From Phycisphaerales bacterium (GTDB lineage: Bacteria > Planctomycetota > Phycisphaerae > WQYP01): a stretch of DNA of 64,000 nucleotides. Every line of letters starts with the position of its first letter. The first letter of the stretch is position 1. Position numbers and translations under genes: made by a program. Shown here one piece after another: positions 18,958 through 28,871 of the stretch. Location: the NCBI GenBank assembly GCA_027451365.1, contig DAIDJN010000053.1, positions 1-64,000 on the forward strand. The letters run 5' to 3'. Under the pieces are notes generated by a model. It did no database searches, was not told the origin of the DNA, and saw nothing but the letters and a program-made list of their open reading frames with translations.

Positions 18958-20151
18958 ATGATCACACAATTTCATGTTGCCAACTATAAAGCCTTGCGGG
19001 AAGTCACGCTTGATTTAACGCCGATTCATGTGCTGATTGGGCCGAATGGCAGCGGAAAAAGCAGTATTCTGGAGGCGGTTGCACTTCTATCCTGGACCGT
19101 TACAGATCCGGTTCAGTCATTCTGGCCAGCCGGGACGGATTTTGGCGTGCTGCCCCTGAAATCCGGGCAGCCAATCGCTGTTAGCTGTCAAATTCAAGGG
19201 GGAAACCTGTCGGTCGAATATGGTTTCAAAATTAAAATATCGCCGCCGGGATCGAGCGGCGCCCCGATCACACCGACTGATGAATATTTCGATTCCCTTA
19301 ACGGTGGCCAACGGATTGGTAACCATGGAAGGGTCCGGGACCAAAACCCGCCACTAACGGCCTTGCGAAATGCTGTTCTTCATCGCAACTGGGTGGTTAT
19401 ACCGGAGGAAATAGCTATTGGAGTCACCGAACAGCTCGCCGGCATAATCATTCAGCGGTGGAACCCGGGGGGTTTGCGAATGCCGGTCGTACTGGCCAGC
19501 GTTCATCGACTGGAAATAGACCGATCCGGCTTCGGCCTGGCCCAATGCCTGGACGATATTTTAGTCATGGATCGCAGCAAATTCGCGCAACTTGAAGGCG
19601 AGCTTTCCCGAATGTTTCCGGAGATATTAAATATTCAACTGATCTCCGAAACCGCATATCAATGGCCATTCCGAGAAGGAGGTCTAGGCCTGCCCCAAAT
19701 CACCAGCCAAAGCGGCAAAGGCATCCGTTTCAAACTTGCCGACGGCAAAACAATTCCCGCGGCACAGGCCTCCGACGGCTTGTTGATAATTCTTGGCTAC
19801 CTGACGCTGCTGCACCTGCCAAATCCGCCAAGGGTGTTCCTGATTGAGGAACCGGAGAACGGAATCCATCCGCAGCGCGTCCGGGAGATTATTGGCTTGC
19901 TGCGCAAGCTGATTAAGAATCACCCCAAAACGCAGATTCTTATGACCACGCATTCCCCCTATCTGCTGGATGAATTTCAACCAGAAGAAGTCACGCTATG
20001 TTCGAAAGCGACGGATGGAAGCGTTTCGGTCCGGCGGCTATGCGATATTCCAGACGTGAAACGCCAGCTGGACGTTTTCCGGCTTGGGGAAATCTGGACT
20101 GCGGAAGGTGACGACCAACTGGCAAAATCTCCAGTTGAGGGCGCCAAGTGA
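18958..20151 (+). CDS. ABC/AAA_21-type ATPase
   Basis: VANYKAL, Walker A GPNGSGKS, ASDG signature, LIEEPENGIHP, TTHSP. Confidence 0.9.
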   Translation: MITQFHVANYKALREVTLDLTPIHVLIGPNGSGKSSILEAVALLSWTVTDPVQSFWPAGTDFGVLPLKSGQPIAVSCQIQGGNLSVEYGFKIKISPPGSSGAPITPTDEYFDSLNGGQRIGNHGRVRDQNPPLTALRNAVLHRNWVVIPEEIAIGVTEQLAGIIIQRWNPGGLRMPVVLASVHRLEIDRSGFGLAQCLDDILVMDRSKFAQLEGELSRMFPEILNIQLISETAYQWPFREGGLGLPQITSQSGKGIRFKLADGKTIPAAQASDGLLIILGYLTLLHLPNPPRVFLIEEPENGIHPQRVREIIGLLRKLIKNHPKTQILMTTHSPYLLDEFQPEEVTLCSKATDGSVSVRRLCDIPDVKRQLDVFRLGEIWTAEGDDQLAKSPVEGAK

Positions 20152-20738
20152 GCAAAATTCTTCTTGTGGCAGAGGGCAAGCACGAACATGGCGGAGCACT
20201 TCAGCAGTTGGTCAGCCGCGTATTGGGCGGCAACCATGAATTTGAGGCCGATCGTCTGGCCAATTCGCCCGTTCGCGTCCACGTCAAGGGTCGCGGCTAC
20301 GAAAAAAAGGCGATCCGTTGGCTGATGGAAGCCCAGAAACGCGGCTATGACGCCCTGATCCTTCTGGTGGATCGTGATGGAAATATGGATCGCGAATCAG
20401 AACTAAAAATCGCCCAACAGTACTCCAAAACAATCGGTGACAAACACTTGCCACGTGCCATGGGAGTAGCCGTGGAAATGTTTGATGCCTGGATTTTTGC
20501 CGATGAGCAGGCGCTAAGCCGGGTAGTTGGCGCGACCATTCAAACGCAACAGGCCCCTGAGGCAATTGCCAAACCGAAAGAACATTTGAGGATGCTGTTG
20601 CAAAGGGAGGCCGGCCAGACCCCGAATGCGAAACTGTATAGCGATGTCGCCGGGGAGATTGATTTAGATCAACTCATGTTGCGGTGTCCGGCCGGTTTCG
20701 GCACATTCGCCCAACGGATTGGGGCAATGCAGTTGTAG
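20148..20738 (+). CDS. DUF4276/TOPRIM-like protein coupled to the ATPase
   Basis: LLVAEGKHE, LLVDRD, VEMFDAWIFAD, PK motif, CPAGF; GTGA overlap. Confidence 0.7.
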   Translation: MSKILLVAEGKHEHGGALQQLVSRVLGGNHEFEADRLANSPVRVHVKGRGYEKKAIRWLMEAQKRGYDALILLVDRDGNMDRESELKIAQQYSKTIGDKHLPRAMGVAVEMFDAWIFADEQALSRVVGATIQTQQAPEAIAKPKEHLRMLLQREAGQTPNAKLYSDVAGEIDLDQLMLRCPAGFGTFAQRIGAMQL

Positions 20739-20836
20739 CCCGATTGCCCAACGGGCGGGACGCCGGTATAAACATACCAGCTTATTTGCCGCCAATTGCC
20801 GCCACGGTGCGGAACGGATTGTTTCAGGAGCCTGTT

Positions 20837-21280
20837 TTGCCCATTACCGACAACAGCGAAAGCATTCAGCCCCGCGTCAGCGTGGGCGGATCTAAAAGCG
20901 GTATGGGATATATTGCCTTAGCCGTCGGCTGGCTGATACCCGGGGCGGGCCATCTGATAATGGGACAGCGGAAACGCGGCGTGATTTTTCTTGTGGCCAT
21001 CCATACGCTTTTTTTTATGGGACTGCTGGTTGGTGGCGTGCGGGCCTTGGACCGGCCTCGCCAGCGGTTGTGGACCTATTCGCAATATATGGCAGGCTGG
21101 CCCATGCTGGCTGGTGCACAAATCCGTGGCCGTGTCTATCCGGCGGACGCGCCCCACCCCGTCGGCTTTTCGCCACTGCTTCAGGAAGTTGCAACCGCCT
21201 ATTGCGGCCTTGCGGGAATGTTGAATCTGCTGGTGTTGACCGATTTATTCATGGTGGTAACACAAGAGCCACCGCTTTAA
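20837..21280 (+). CDS. Small membrane protein (DUF6677-like)
   Basis: WLIPGAGHL...KRG, AGMLNLLV; CAGGAG RBS before TTG 20837. Confidence 0.65.
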   Translation: MPITDNSESIQPRVSVGGSKSGMGYIALAVGWLIPGAGHLIMGQRKRGVIFLVAIHTLFFMGLLVGGVRALDRPRQRLWTYSQYMAGWPMLAGAQIRGRVYPADAPHPVGFSPLLQEVATAYCGLAGMLNLLVLTDLFMVVTQEPPL

Positions 21281-21353
21281 AGGGAATACCCGGCGACATA
21301 TCGGTCCGGTGCGCCCGGCCGCGACTAAGAGATATTTCACAGGAACCTTCACT

Positions 21354-21632
21354 ATGCCAGCATTCGCAGTACCACTGATCGGATGGATACCACTGATCAA
21401 TCCGCTGTATTCACAGGTGCCGCATCTGACGCCATGGTGGATTCTGCTGATATTTCCACTGGTGCTGCTCATTTCACTGGTCTATAAGACCGTGCGGTCA
21501 CCAGAGGGACAGAATATACTTCTACCAACCATCTGGTTCAGTATAAGAATTCTGTTCTACATGGCGATTATCTCCATTGCTCTTCAGGTGCTTTACCATG
21601 TTGTAACCCGGCTATCGACTACGCCCCTTTAA
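21354..21632 (+). CDS. Small 2-TM membrane protein
   Basis: WWILLIFPLVLLISLVYKT plus a second hydrophobic helix; AGGA RBS. Confidence 0.65.
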   Translation: MPAFAVPLIGWIPLINPLYSQVPHLTPWWILLIFPLVLLISLVYKTVRSPEGQNILLPTIWFSIRILFYMAIISIALQVLYHVVTRLSTTPL

Positions 21633-21786
21633 CCTTAGCTCACGTGTTTCATCCACGAGTCGCTTTTTTTGAGACAGAATTGGCATCATGGCCGCCACAG
21701 GCATACCATACCAGTGTTAATCATATGGCTATCCGCCGAAGCGGGTTGGCTGCGTACGTGTCAGGCGAATCACACACTGGAAAAAA

Positions 21787-22017
21787 ATGGCCCGGCTTAA
21801 ATGTAACATTGATACCAAAGGTGCCCGCCTGCGACGGCGTGGCGGCATCCTGATATTGGCACTGGCCGCAGGGCTGGCATTGGCCGCCTGGGACACACGA
21901 ATCGCCTGGCTCTGGTACGTGGCGGCGGGCGTGGCCGTCAGCGGCGGGTTCATTCTATTTGAAGGCTGCAACGGCTGGTGCGTCTTGCGTGCCATGGGAT
22001 TTAAAACAAAAGTGTAG
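21787..22017 (+). CDS. Small membrane protein (DUF2892/YgaP-like)
   Basis: CNID..G.R.R, two hydrophobic helices, FEG..GWC.LRAMG. Confidence 0.65.
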   Translation: MARLKCNIDTKGARLRRRGGILILALAAGLALAAWDTRIAWLWYVAAGVAVSGGFILFEGCNGWCVLRAMGFKTKV

Positions 22018-22112
22018 TCGTATATTCCGTTGGCACTTCAAAACGCGAACGATCCGTGGCGAATCGGCAATTGTCGACTGGCCGCCATGGGCCAATTTCT
22101 AAGGAGACGACA

Positions 22113-22868
22113 ATGGATATTCGGCGCCCCGGCATTTTCCGATCAATCCCAACGGTACGACTGATTTTGCGGTGGCTCCCAGTATTCCTGGTGGCGGCAA
22201 CTTTAACCGGGTGCGTGCAGCCTTTGCCCATGAGCGAACCTGTCGCCAAACCAGGGCCGATGCAAATTGATCCTTCCTGGGCGGGCTTCTGGGTGCGACC
22301 GGCTGTCAAAAATCGTCCGGCTTTCGGGGCGACCATCTATCCCTGGAGTCGCAGGGAATATCTTGTGGCCGTTTACGTCGGACCGAAATCTTATGGACTT
22401 TTCAAGGCCTGGCCGGTAAAAATCGCCGGACACAACTACCTGCAATGCCAGTGGTTCAATCCCCACCTTTTATTCACACCGGCAGAAAAAGCCGTCGGTG
22501 TGAAGAAAATAAACAAAATGAAGCCCGGCTATTATAAATCACTGTTTCTGCACATGATCAAAACATCTGGCCACGGGTTTATCCACTGGTATGAAATTGT
22601 TCAGATAAAACGGCAGGGACAATCCCTTGTGGTCCATCCATTCATTGGGCCGCTCGGCAAGAAAGTGAAGGCGGGATTACCGCCTGGCGGATTCGCGAAT
22701 GCCAAAGCCATTCGAGCATTTGTCGCGTCCAAAAAGGGGCAGAGGTTAATCCGGCAGCGGACCTGGATTTTTCAACGCACCGGACGCAAGGCTTTCCAGA
22801 AGATATTGCATGAAAAAGCGGCCCTGCCTGCCGGAATATCCGCGCCGGGGAAAAGTCCCCATCATTAG
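22113..22868 (+). CDS. Basic hypothetical lipoprotein
   Basis: AAGGAG RBS; lipobox VAATLTGC. Confidence 0.7.
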   Translation: MDIRRPGIFRSIPTVRLILRWLPVFLVAATLTGCVQPLPMSEPVAKPGPMQIDPSWAGFWVRPAVKNRPAFGATIYPWSRREYLVAVYVGPKSYGLFKAWPVKIAGHNYLQCQWFNPHLLFTPAEKAVGVKKINKMKPGYYKSLFLHMIKTSGHGFIHWYEIVQIKRQGQSLVVHPFIGPLGKKVKAGLPPGGFANAKAIRAFVASKKGQRLIRQRTWIFQRTGRKAFQKILHEKAALPAGISAPGKSPHH

Positions 22869-23137
22869 CTCCGGCGGCGATAGGATATCCCGCGGAATGG
22901 GTGCGAGGCCCATTTAGTTTGGCCGGCTTTTGCAATTCGCACATCTTCGCCATTCGTGGAATCTGGCGGCATTATTAAAATAATGTTACCCTACCGGCTT
23001 GCGGTACGCAGGGTATGGATATCAGCTTTACCAGGCGATAGATAACCGAATGGCTCGTAACGCAGCAATGCTGCGGCCGGTTATTCACGCTGTAATTTTA
23101 GGATTCCCCAAGTATCTGATCTGGAAGGCAACTATTC

Positions 23138-24580
23138 ATGTCCACTAATGAAACTCATAATTCACTCCAAATCGGACTTTTTGGCATTGGTCTTGATACC
23201 TACTGGCCGCAGTTCCCGGGACTTAAGGAGCGGCTGGAAGGCTACACAACCCGCGTGGCGACGCGGCTTTCACGACCGGGGGTAGGTGTAGTGAACCTGG
23301 GCCTGATTGATACGCCGCAAAAAGCCATGCAAGCCGGACATGATTTCCGCCGGGCGGATGTGGATATTATATTTTTGTATGTTTCGACCTACGCTCTGTC
23401 TTCCACAGTTTTGCCGGTGGTGCGCCGTGCCAAAGCGCCCGTAATTATTCTGAATCTGACACCCGCTCCGGCGATCAATTATGCTGCGTTTAATGCACAA
23501 ACCGACCGCACTCGCATGACTGGCGAATGGCTCGGATTCTGCCAGGCCTGCCCGGTGCCAGAAATAGCTAACGTGTTTAACCGATGCCGCATTCCGTTTC
23601 ACCAGATTACCGGCATGCTGGAAAATGACCCCGCCGTCTGGACCGAAGTGGACCAGTGGCTGGCCGCGGCAAAGGCCGCCTATGTCATGGAACACAACCG
23701 TCTGGGCGTGATGGGGCATTATTACGGCGGCATGCTGGATATTTACACCGATCTAACCCGCCAGTGCGCTTATTTCGGCGGTCACATTGAAATGCTGGAG
23801 GTGGATGAACTTTCCGCCCGCCGCCAGAAAATATCCGATGCGGTCGTGCAGAATCGGATTGCCCATTTTCAGGATGTGCTGGACGTTCAAGCGGATTGCC
23901 CGCAGGCGGAACTCGCCGAAGCAGCCCGCACTTCCGTGGCGCTGGACCAGATGGTGGAGGCACATGGAATCGGATCCTTGGCATACTACCACATGGGCAC
24001 GGGCAACCAAGCCAACGAACTTAGCGTGCGAACGATTATTCTGGCCAGCAGCCTGCTGACCGCTCGCGGCATTCCAGTGGCTGGCGAAATGGAAATAAAG
24101 AATGTCCAAGCCATGAAGATTATGGATTCGCTTGGTGCCGGTGGATCCTTCACCGAATATTACGCCGTGGATTTCAATGATGATGTGGTGCTGATGGGGC
24201 ACGACGGCCCCGGCCACATTGCCATCGCACAGGGCAAAACCCGGGTGCGGCCGCTGGGCGTTTATCATGGCAAGGTGGGGCATGGCCTTTCGGTGGAAAT
24301 GTCCGTGCGGCATGGCCCTGTCACACTGCTTTCCGTGGTCGAAACAGGCAGCGGAACCGTGGAGTTGCTGTACGCCCATGGCGAATCGGTTCCCGGTCCA
24401 ATTCTGGAAATTGGCAACACCAATAGCCGCTACCGATTCAGCATCGGTGCCCGGGCTTTCATGAATAACTGGAATTCCCAAGGTCCGGCGCACCATTGCG
24501 CCGTGGGGCTGGGACATATCGGACCCGTGCTGGAAAAGCTGGCCCAGCTTTTGAATATGAAATGCCACAAGGTCTGCTGA
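23138..24580 (+). CDS. L-fucose/L-arabinose isomerase family protein
   Basis: GLDTYWPQF, AGEMEIK, GGSFTEYY, MGHDGPGH, IGNTNSRYRF, GPAHHCA. Confidence 0.85.
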   Translation: MSTNETHNSLQIGLFGIGLDTYWPQFPGLKERLEGYTTRVATRLSRPGVGVVNLGLIDTPQKAMQAGHDFRRADVDIIFLYVSTYALSSTVLPVVRRAKAPVIILNLTPAPAINYAAFNAQTDRTRMTGEWLGFCQACPVPEIANVFNRCRIPFHQITGMLENDPAVWTEVDQWLAAAKAAYVMEHNRLGVMGHYYGGMLDIYTDLTRQCAYFGGHIEMLEVDELSARRQKISDAVVQNRIAHFQDVLDVQADCPQAELAEAARTSVALDQMVEAHGIGSLAYYHMGTGNQANELSVRTIILASSLLTARGIPVAGEMEIKNVQAMKIMDSLGAGGSFTEYYAVDFNDDVVLMGHDGPGHIAIAQGKTRVRPLGVYHGKVGHGLSVEMSVRHGPVTLLSVVETGSGTVELLYAHGESVPGPILEIGNTNSRYRFSIGARAFMNNWNSQGPAHHCAVGLGHIGPVLEKLAQLLNMKCHKVC

Positions 24581-24603
24581 TAACTGTGCGGCCGATGACC
24601 TGG

Positions 24604-26493
24604 TCAATGGCCCGCGCTGGCCAGCCGGTCGGCGGAAGGACCGCCTTTGGGCAGCAATTCCACAATATCCCATTGCCGCATCAATTGCCGCCGCAGTCGC
24701 ATTTGTTTCAACCGTGCCATCAGCCGCGGGTTAAGCGCGGCCCAGCGGCCGCGGAACATGCGGTGCGGCCGCGATTGTCCGGACTGGTCAATCACACCGA
24801 TGGATCGCACCTGCAGAAATGCCGCCGAGGGCATGATACGCCTCATTTGCATCGGTGATGCCAGCATGACCACCAGCCTGCCATCGCGCCAGGCTTTCTG
24901 AACGATTTTTAATTCGATCTGACGAAGCCGGTACGCGGGATCAGGAACAAATGTATTCCGGGCGGCCCGTTGACTAAGCAAATGCCGGTATTCGATGGCC
25001 CTCATTTTCTGCAATCCACTCGGACCGCTGCGGGCGGACAGAAAAGTCATGCGGTCGGCCATTCCGGGCATAAACAGACTGGTGTCAAACAATTGAAATC
25101 CGCCCACGGAATTCAGATAGTTGCACACATTGGTCGGCGCAAACACCACGCTTCCGGGCTTGAGATTTTTCCGTAGAACATCGCGCGTTTGCAGCAGGGA
25201 AATTTTCACCGCTTTGGCCGCCAGCAGCCGCGGCATCATGACATGAAACGAAAATCCGGCAGCCAGCATGACGAACCCGCCGATAGCCAGCGCGCGCAGC
25301 CACCGTTGAGGCTTCAGCAATTCGCTGATGGTCCACAAAGCCACCAGAATAAGCGCGGGAAAAGTGTCTAGAAAAAACCGCAGATACCCCACGGTGTCAT
25401 CGCGTGCGGGTGCCCAGTAATACAGCGCATAGACCAGTGTGGTAGGCAAAACCCAAAGAAGTACGACCAGGCCGAAACGTCGATAAACCAGCGGCAGTTT
25501 GCACAGGCCGATCATGGCCATGGGAAAAAGCAGAAACAGACCCAGATTTTGAAATTGTTCAATCACCGTCAGCCAGTTGCCCTGGCGCGAAGCAAACAGA
25601 TGGGCACCGGAAATAAGGTATTGGACTGAAAAGCCGGTCTGTTCCCGGCAGAACCAGTAGCCTGTACGCCATGGCTCGCCAAACGCATGCCAGTTTATCG
25701 CGGCCAGCAGGGCCACCGGCAGCGCAAACCCGGCCATCGCCATAAGACTGTCGCGCGCAATGCGGGTCTTGGAAAATCTCAGAAATGCCACCGCCAGCAA
25801 CGGCAGCAGCCAAAGGAATTCGGTGTAGCGCATCCAGCAGCAGAAGCCCAGAGCAATTCCAGCCATCCATGCCCGCCAGGTGCCGCCCTTTTCCCACCAA
25901 ACCAGCAATGCCCAGAACCCAAGAACGGTAAAGCCAAGCGCTGCGCCCTGTGAATTGGAATCATCCGCATAGGTCAATGTAACAGGATTTGTGGCCAGCA
26001 GAATCACACCCAGAAGCGACAGGAACGGATCCAGCAGCCGACGGAACAGAAAGTATCCTCCTATCAGGGCCATGACCGTGCACAGTGGATCCACCAGATA
26101 CATGGCCGACGGACCACTTATAAACCGCAGCAGCGCGCCCAATACACCTACTCCGGGAGGATATTTGGCATACATGAATCCTTGTGGCGTTTGTATGATC
26201 ATGCTGCCGGCGAATTGCAACGGGTTGTGCAGCCGGAAAGACAATTTCCCATGTGTCGCCACCAGGCGAGCCGTAAGCATATAGCCGTTCTGATCCACAC
26301 CCGGATTCGCGGATTCATAAAAGGAGGCCAAAAACAGGCTATATAAAATGGTAAAAATGAGAAGAATGCTCAAAGCGGCCTTTTCGCCGTTGGATTCCCG
26401 CGGTGGAAGCCCAGTCTGCAGGCAAACCTGACCGGTCGTCACGGCAGTCCCGGACGGCAAAATAAATGGAAGGCTGTCCCCAGATTCCGACAT
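24604..26493 (-). CDS. GT-C fold (PMT/GT39-like) membrane glycosyltransferase
   Basis: GVDQNGY, YAKYPPG, many TM helices, AFGEPWRTGY, YLRFFL. Confidence 0.7.
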   Translation of the reverse strand: MSESGDSLPFILPSGTAVTTGQVCLQTGLPPRESNGEKAALSILLIFTILYSLFLASFYESANPGVDQNGYMLTARLVATHGKLSFRLHNPLQFAGSMIIQTPQGFMYAKYPPGVGVLGALLRFISGPSAMYLVDPLCTVMALIGGYFLFRRLLDPFLSLLGVILLATNPVTLTYADDSNSQGAALGFTVLGFWALLVWWEKGGTWRAWMAGIALGFCCWMRYTEFLWLLPLLAVAFLRFSKTRIARDSLMAMAGFALPVALLAAINWHAFGEPWRTGYWFCREQTGFSVQYLISGAHLFASRQGNWLTVIEQFQNLGLFLLFPMAMIGLCKLPLVYRRFGLVVLLWVLPTTLVYALYYWAPARDDTVGYLRFFLDTFPALILVALWTISELLKPQRWLRALAIGGFVMLAAGFSFHVMMPRLLAAKAVKISLLQTRDVLRKNLKPGSVVFAPTNVCNYLNSVGGFQLFDTSLFMPGMADRMTFLSARSGPSGLQKMRAIEYRHLLSQRAARNTFVPDPAYRLRQIELKIVQKAWRDGRLVVMLASPMQMRRIMPSAAFLQVRSIGVIDQSGQSRPHRMFRGRWAALNPRLMARLKQMRLRRQLMRQWDIVELLPKGGPSADRLASAGH

Positions 26494-26949
26494 AAAACAT
26501 CACCTTGCGGGATTCGGACCGCGGTTCGTAAAAATCGCGTGTGCGGGTGGCACCCTTGGCAATAAACCGCGTACACAGGTCCGTTGCAGGTGTAACGCCT
26601 GGATTCGTGATTGGTTGCGCAAAAAAATGAAAGGATATTGGCATTGGCAGGTTAATATCCGACCGCGATCCGGTCCAATTTGAAATTTAAAGTAGCGGAC
26701 TCTGGTGTCCGCTGAGACATTGTCTATGAGGCATCCGTTTCAAAAAATTTGGCCCAACAACGCCGCATGCCGGTGCATGCAGGGTGCGGTATGGTCTGGA
26801 CGAATCCCTTTTATATTGAACATATTCACTATCGCGGAACTTTTAACATGGTTATCGGCAAAAGTAAATTAAATTTTGCATTTTATTCGCTTTACGCGGC
26901 ATGCCGGTCCGACGTACAATAGTGTGCACAATGTAAAGGAGTGCCGATA

Positions 26950-28806
26950 GTGAACTGGCTGGATTCACGCATAGATGATCTCGCCCGCCAATTGGCTTAC
27001 ACCCCGGTAACCAAACGCCGGGAACAATTGGCCAACACACGCGCGCTGCTTTCTGATATAGACCCTGAAGAAGATTACACATGGGAATTTGTCCGCTTTC
27101 GCATAACCGGCTATCGCCCGCGTGAAGAAGCTGACCATCGGCTGGTCGGAAAAGTTCTGCTGGCGGACCTGCCTGCGTTAATTGAATACCTGTCCACCAC
27201 CATGGACATTCCGGCCAATGAAGCCGCAGAAGAAGTGCTTTCGCTCCAGCAGGTGACTGCCCGCTTCAAAGTATCCACCAAAACCATTCAGCGGTGGCGC
27301 CGCCGAGGGTTAGTGGCCATGCGATATCTGTGCGCCGATGGCATTCGCCGAATCGGCTTTCTGCCATCTGATGTATCACGTTTTGCCGAAGCCAATCGTG
27401 ACCGCGTGGCCAATAGCGCCCGGTTTCGGCAACTAACCGCCGCAGACAAGGAACAGATTATCCGCCGCGCGCGGCGGCTTTCGGTAAAATGCCACTGCTG
27501 TATCAAGGAAATTTCTAAGCGCATTGCGCGACATCTGGGCCGGTCTCCGGAAAGTGTGCGAACGATTCTGCGGGAATTTGACGCCCGGAATCCGGAACAA
27601 GCTCTGTTCACCGCGCCGGCCAGCCCGCTGACCGAAACCGACCGCCGTATTATTCTGGATTGCGCGGACCGCGGAATTTCCGTTGAATGTATTGCCCGCC
27701 GCTATTGCCGCACCCGTCATGCAATTGAGCAGGTTGTCACGGAAGAAAAAGCCCGGCGCGTCAGGGAAATACCGATTCCGTTTGTAACCAATCAGTTATT
27801 TGACATGCCCGATGCGCAGAACATTATTCTGAATGTATTGCCCGGGCAGGCACTCAAGGAAGTCGCGACCGCGACCACCGGACCATCTGATGAACTCTGG
27901 ACGCGTGTGCCGCCGGAAGTGCCCGTATGCGTGGCCGACGCGTTTGATCAGCCTATTGTGCCCCAGCCGCTGGTGATTGATGCGTTCCGTCGCATGAATT
28001 TTCTTAAGGCGATGGCCAGTCGGCTGCAAGCCCAGTTGGATATTCACAAGGCCAAATGCGATGACCTGAAGCGTATTGAGGACCTGCTGGCGCAGGCCGG
28101 TGAAATCCGCAATCAGCTTCTCCAAAGTCACCTGCGCATGGTGGTGTATGTGGCCCGCCAGCATGTACAATCCAATGAAAACCTTTTTGAACTGATCTCG
28201 GACGGCAATTTGTGGCTGATGCGGGCTGTGGAATGCTTTGACTTCAGCCGCGGCGTGAAATTCTCTACCTATCTTACCTATGCACTTATGAAGAACTATG
28301 CACGCCGCTTCAGCCAGCGTGCCGGCCGGTCGGATGGCAAACTCGTATTCGCCCAGGACGACCTTTTGGATCAACTGGATACCGGCGAACAAACCAGCGT
28401 TTCCGACGCCGTGGACATGCTGATGATGCAGGGGCGACTGGTCGATGCTCTGGCACAACTGCCGAAACGCGAACGCGACCTCGTCGCCAGTCATTACGGC
28501 TTGGAAGCGGGTCAGAGTCCCGCCAGCTTTTCCATGCTGGCTGAACGCATGGGGGTCACCAAGGCGCGGGTGCGTCAGCTTGAAACCCGCGCGATTCGTC
28601 GCCTAAGAAAAATTCTGAACGTCGAAATTCCTTCCCATCCGCCGATGCCCGCCGGCGAATCGGTCGCCGAACATCATGACGCGGATGAATCCTTGCGTGG
28701 AGCGGTATTGGCATCTACCGGTGCAGCCGATAGTCATGACGCCGATTTCCCCGAAGTGCCCGCCGATCTGACTGACGAAGCCGCCGCACAAATGTTGCCG
28801 GACTGA
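26950..28806 (+). CDS. Sigma-70 family factor with long N-terminal multi-HTH extension
   Basis: Region 2 (HLRMVVYVAR..ELISDGNLWLMRAVECFDFSRGVKFSTY) and region 4 (LPKRERDLV..MGVTKARVRQLETRAIRRLR); AAGGA RBS favours GTG 26950. Confidence 0.88.
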   Translation: MNWLDSRIDDLARQLAYTPVTKRREQLANTRALLSDIDPEEDYTWEFVRFRITGYRPREEADHRLVGKVLLADLPALIEYLSTTMDIPANEAAEEVLSLQQVTARFKVSTKTIQRWRRRGLVAMRYLCADGIRRIGFLPSDVSRFAEANRDRVANSARFRQLTAADKEQIIRRARRLSVKCHCCIKEISKRIARHLGRSPESVRTILREFDARNPEQALFTAPASPLTETDRRIILDCADRGISVECIARRYCRTRHAIEQVVTEEKARRVREIPIPFVTNQLFDMPDAQNIILNVLPGQALKEVATATTGPSDELWTRVPPEVPVCVADAFDQPIVPQPLVIDAFRRMNFLKAMASRLQAQLDIHKAKCDDLKRIEDLLAQAGEIRNQLLQSHLRMVVYVARQHVQSNENLFELISDGNLWLMRAVECFDFSRGVKFSTYLTYALMKNYARRFSQRAGRSDGKLVFAQDDLLDQLDTGEQTSVSDAVDMLMMQGRLVDALAQLPKRERDLVASHYGLEAGQSPASFSMLAERMGVTKARVRQLETRAIRRLRKILNVEIPSHPPMPAGESVAEHHDADESLRGAVLASTGAADSHDADFPEVPADLTDEAAAQMLPD

Positions 28807-28871
28807 AAAAACGTCTGCCATCGCGGCCGCTGAACTCGCGCGAGTCCGCCAGGTGTTCGCATTGCCGGTTG

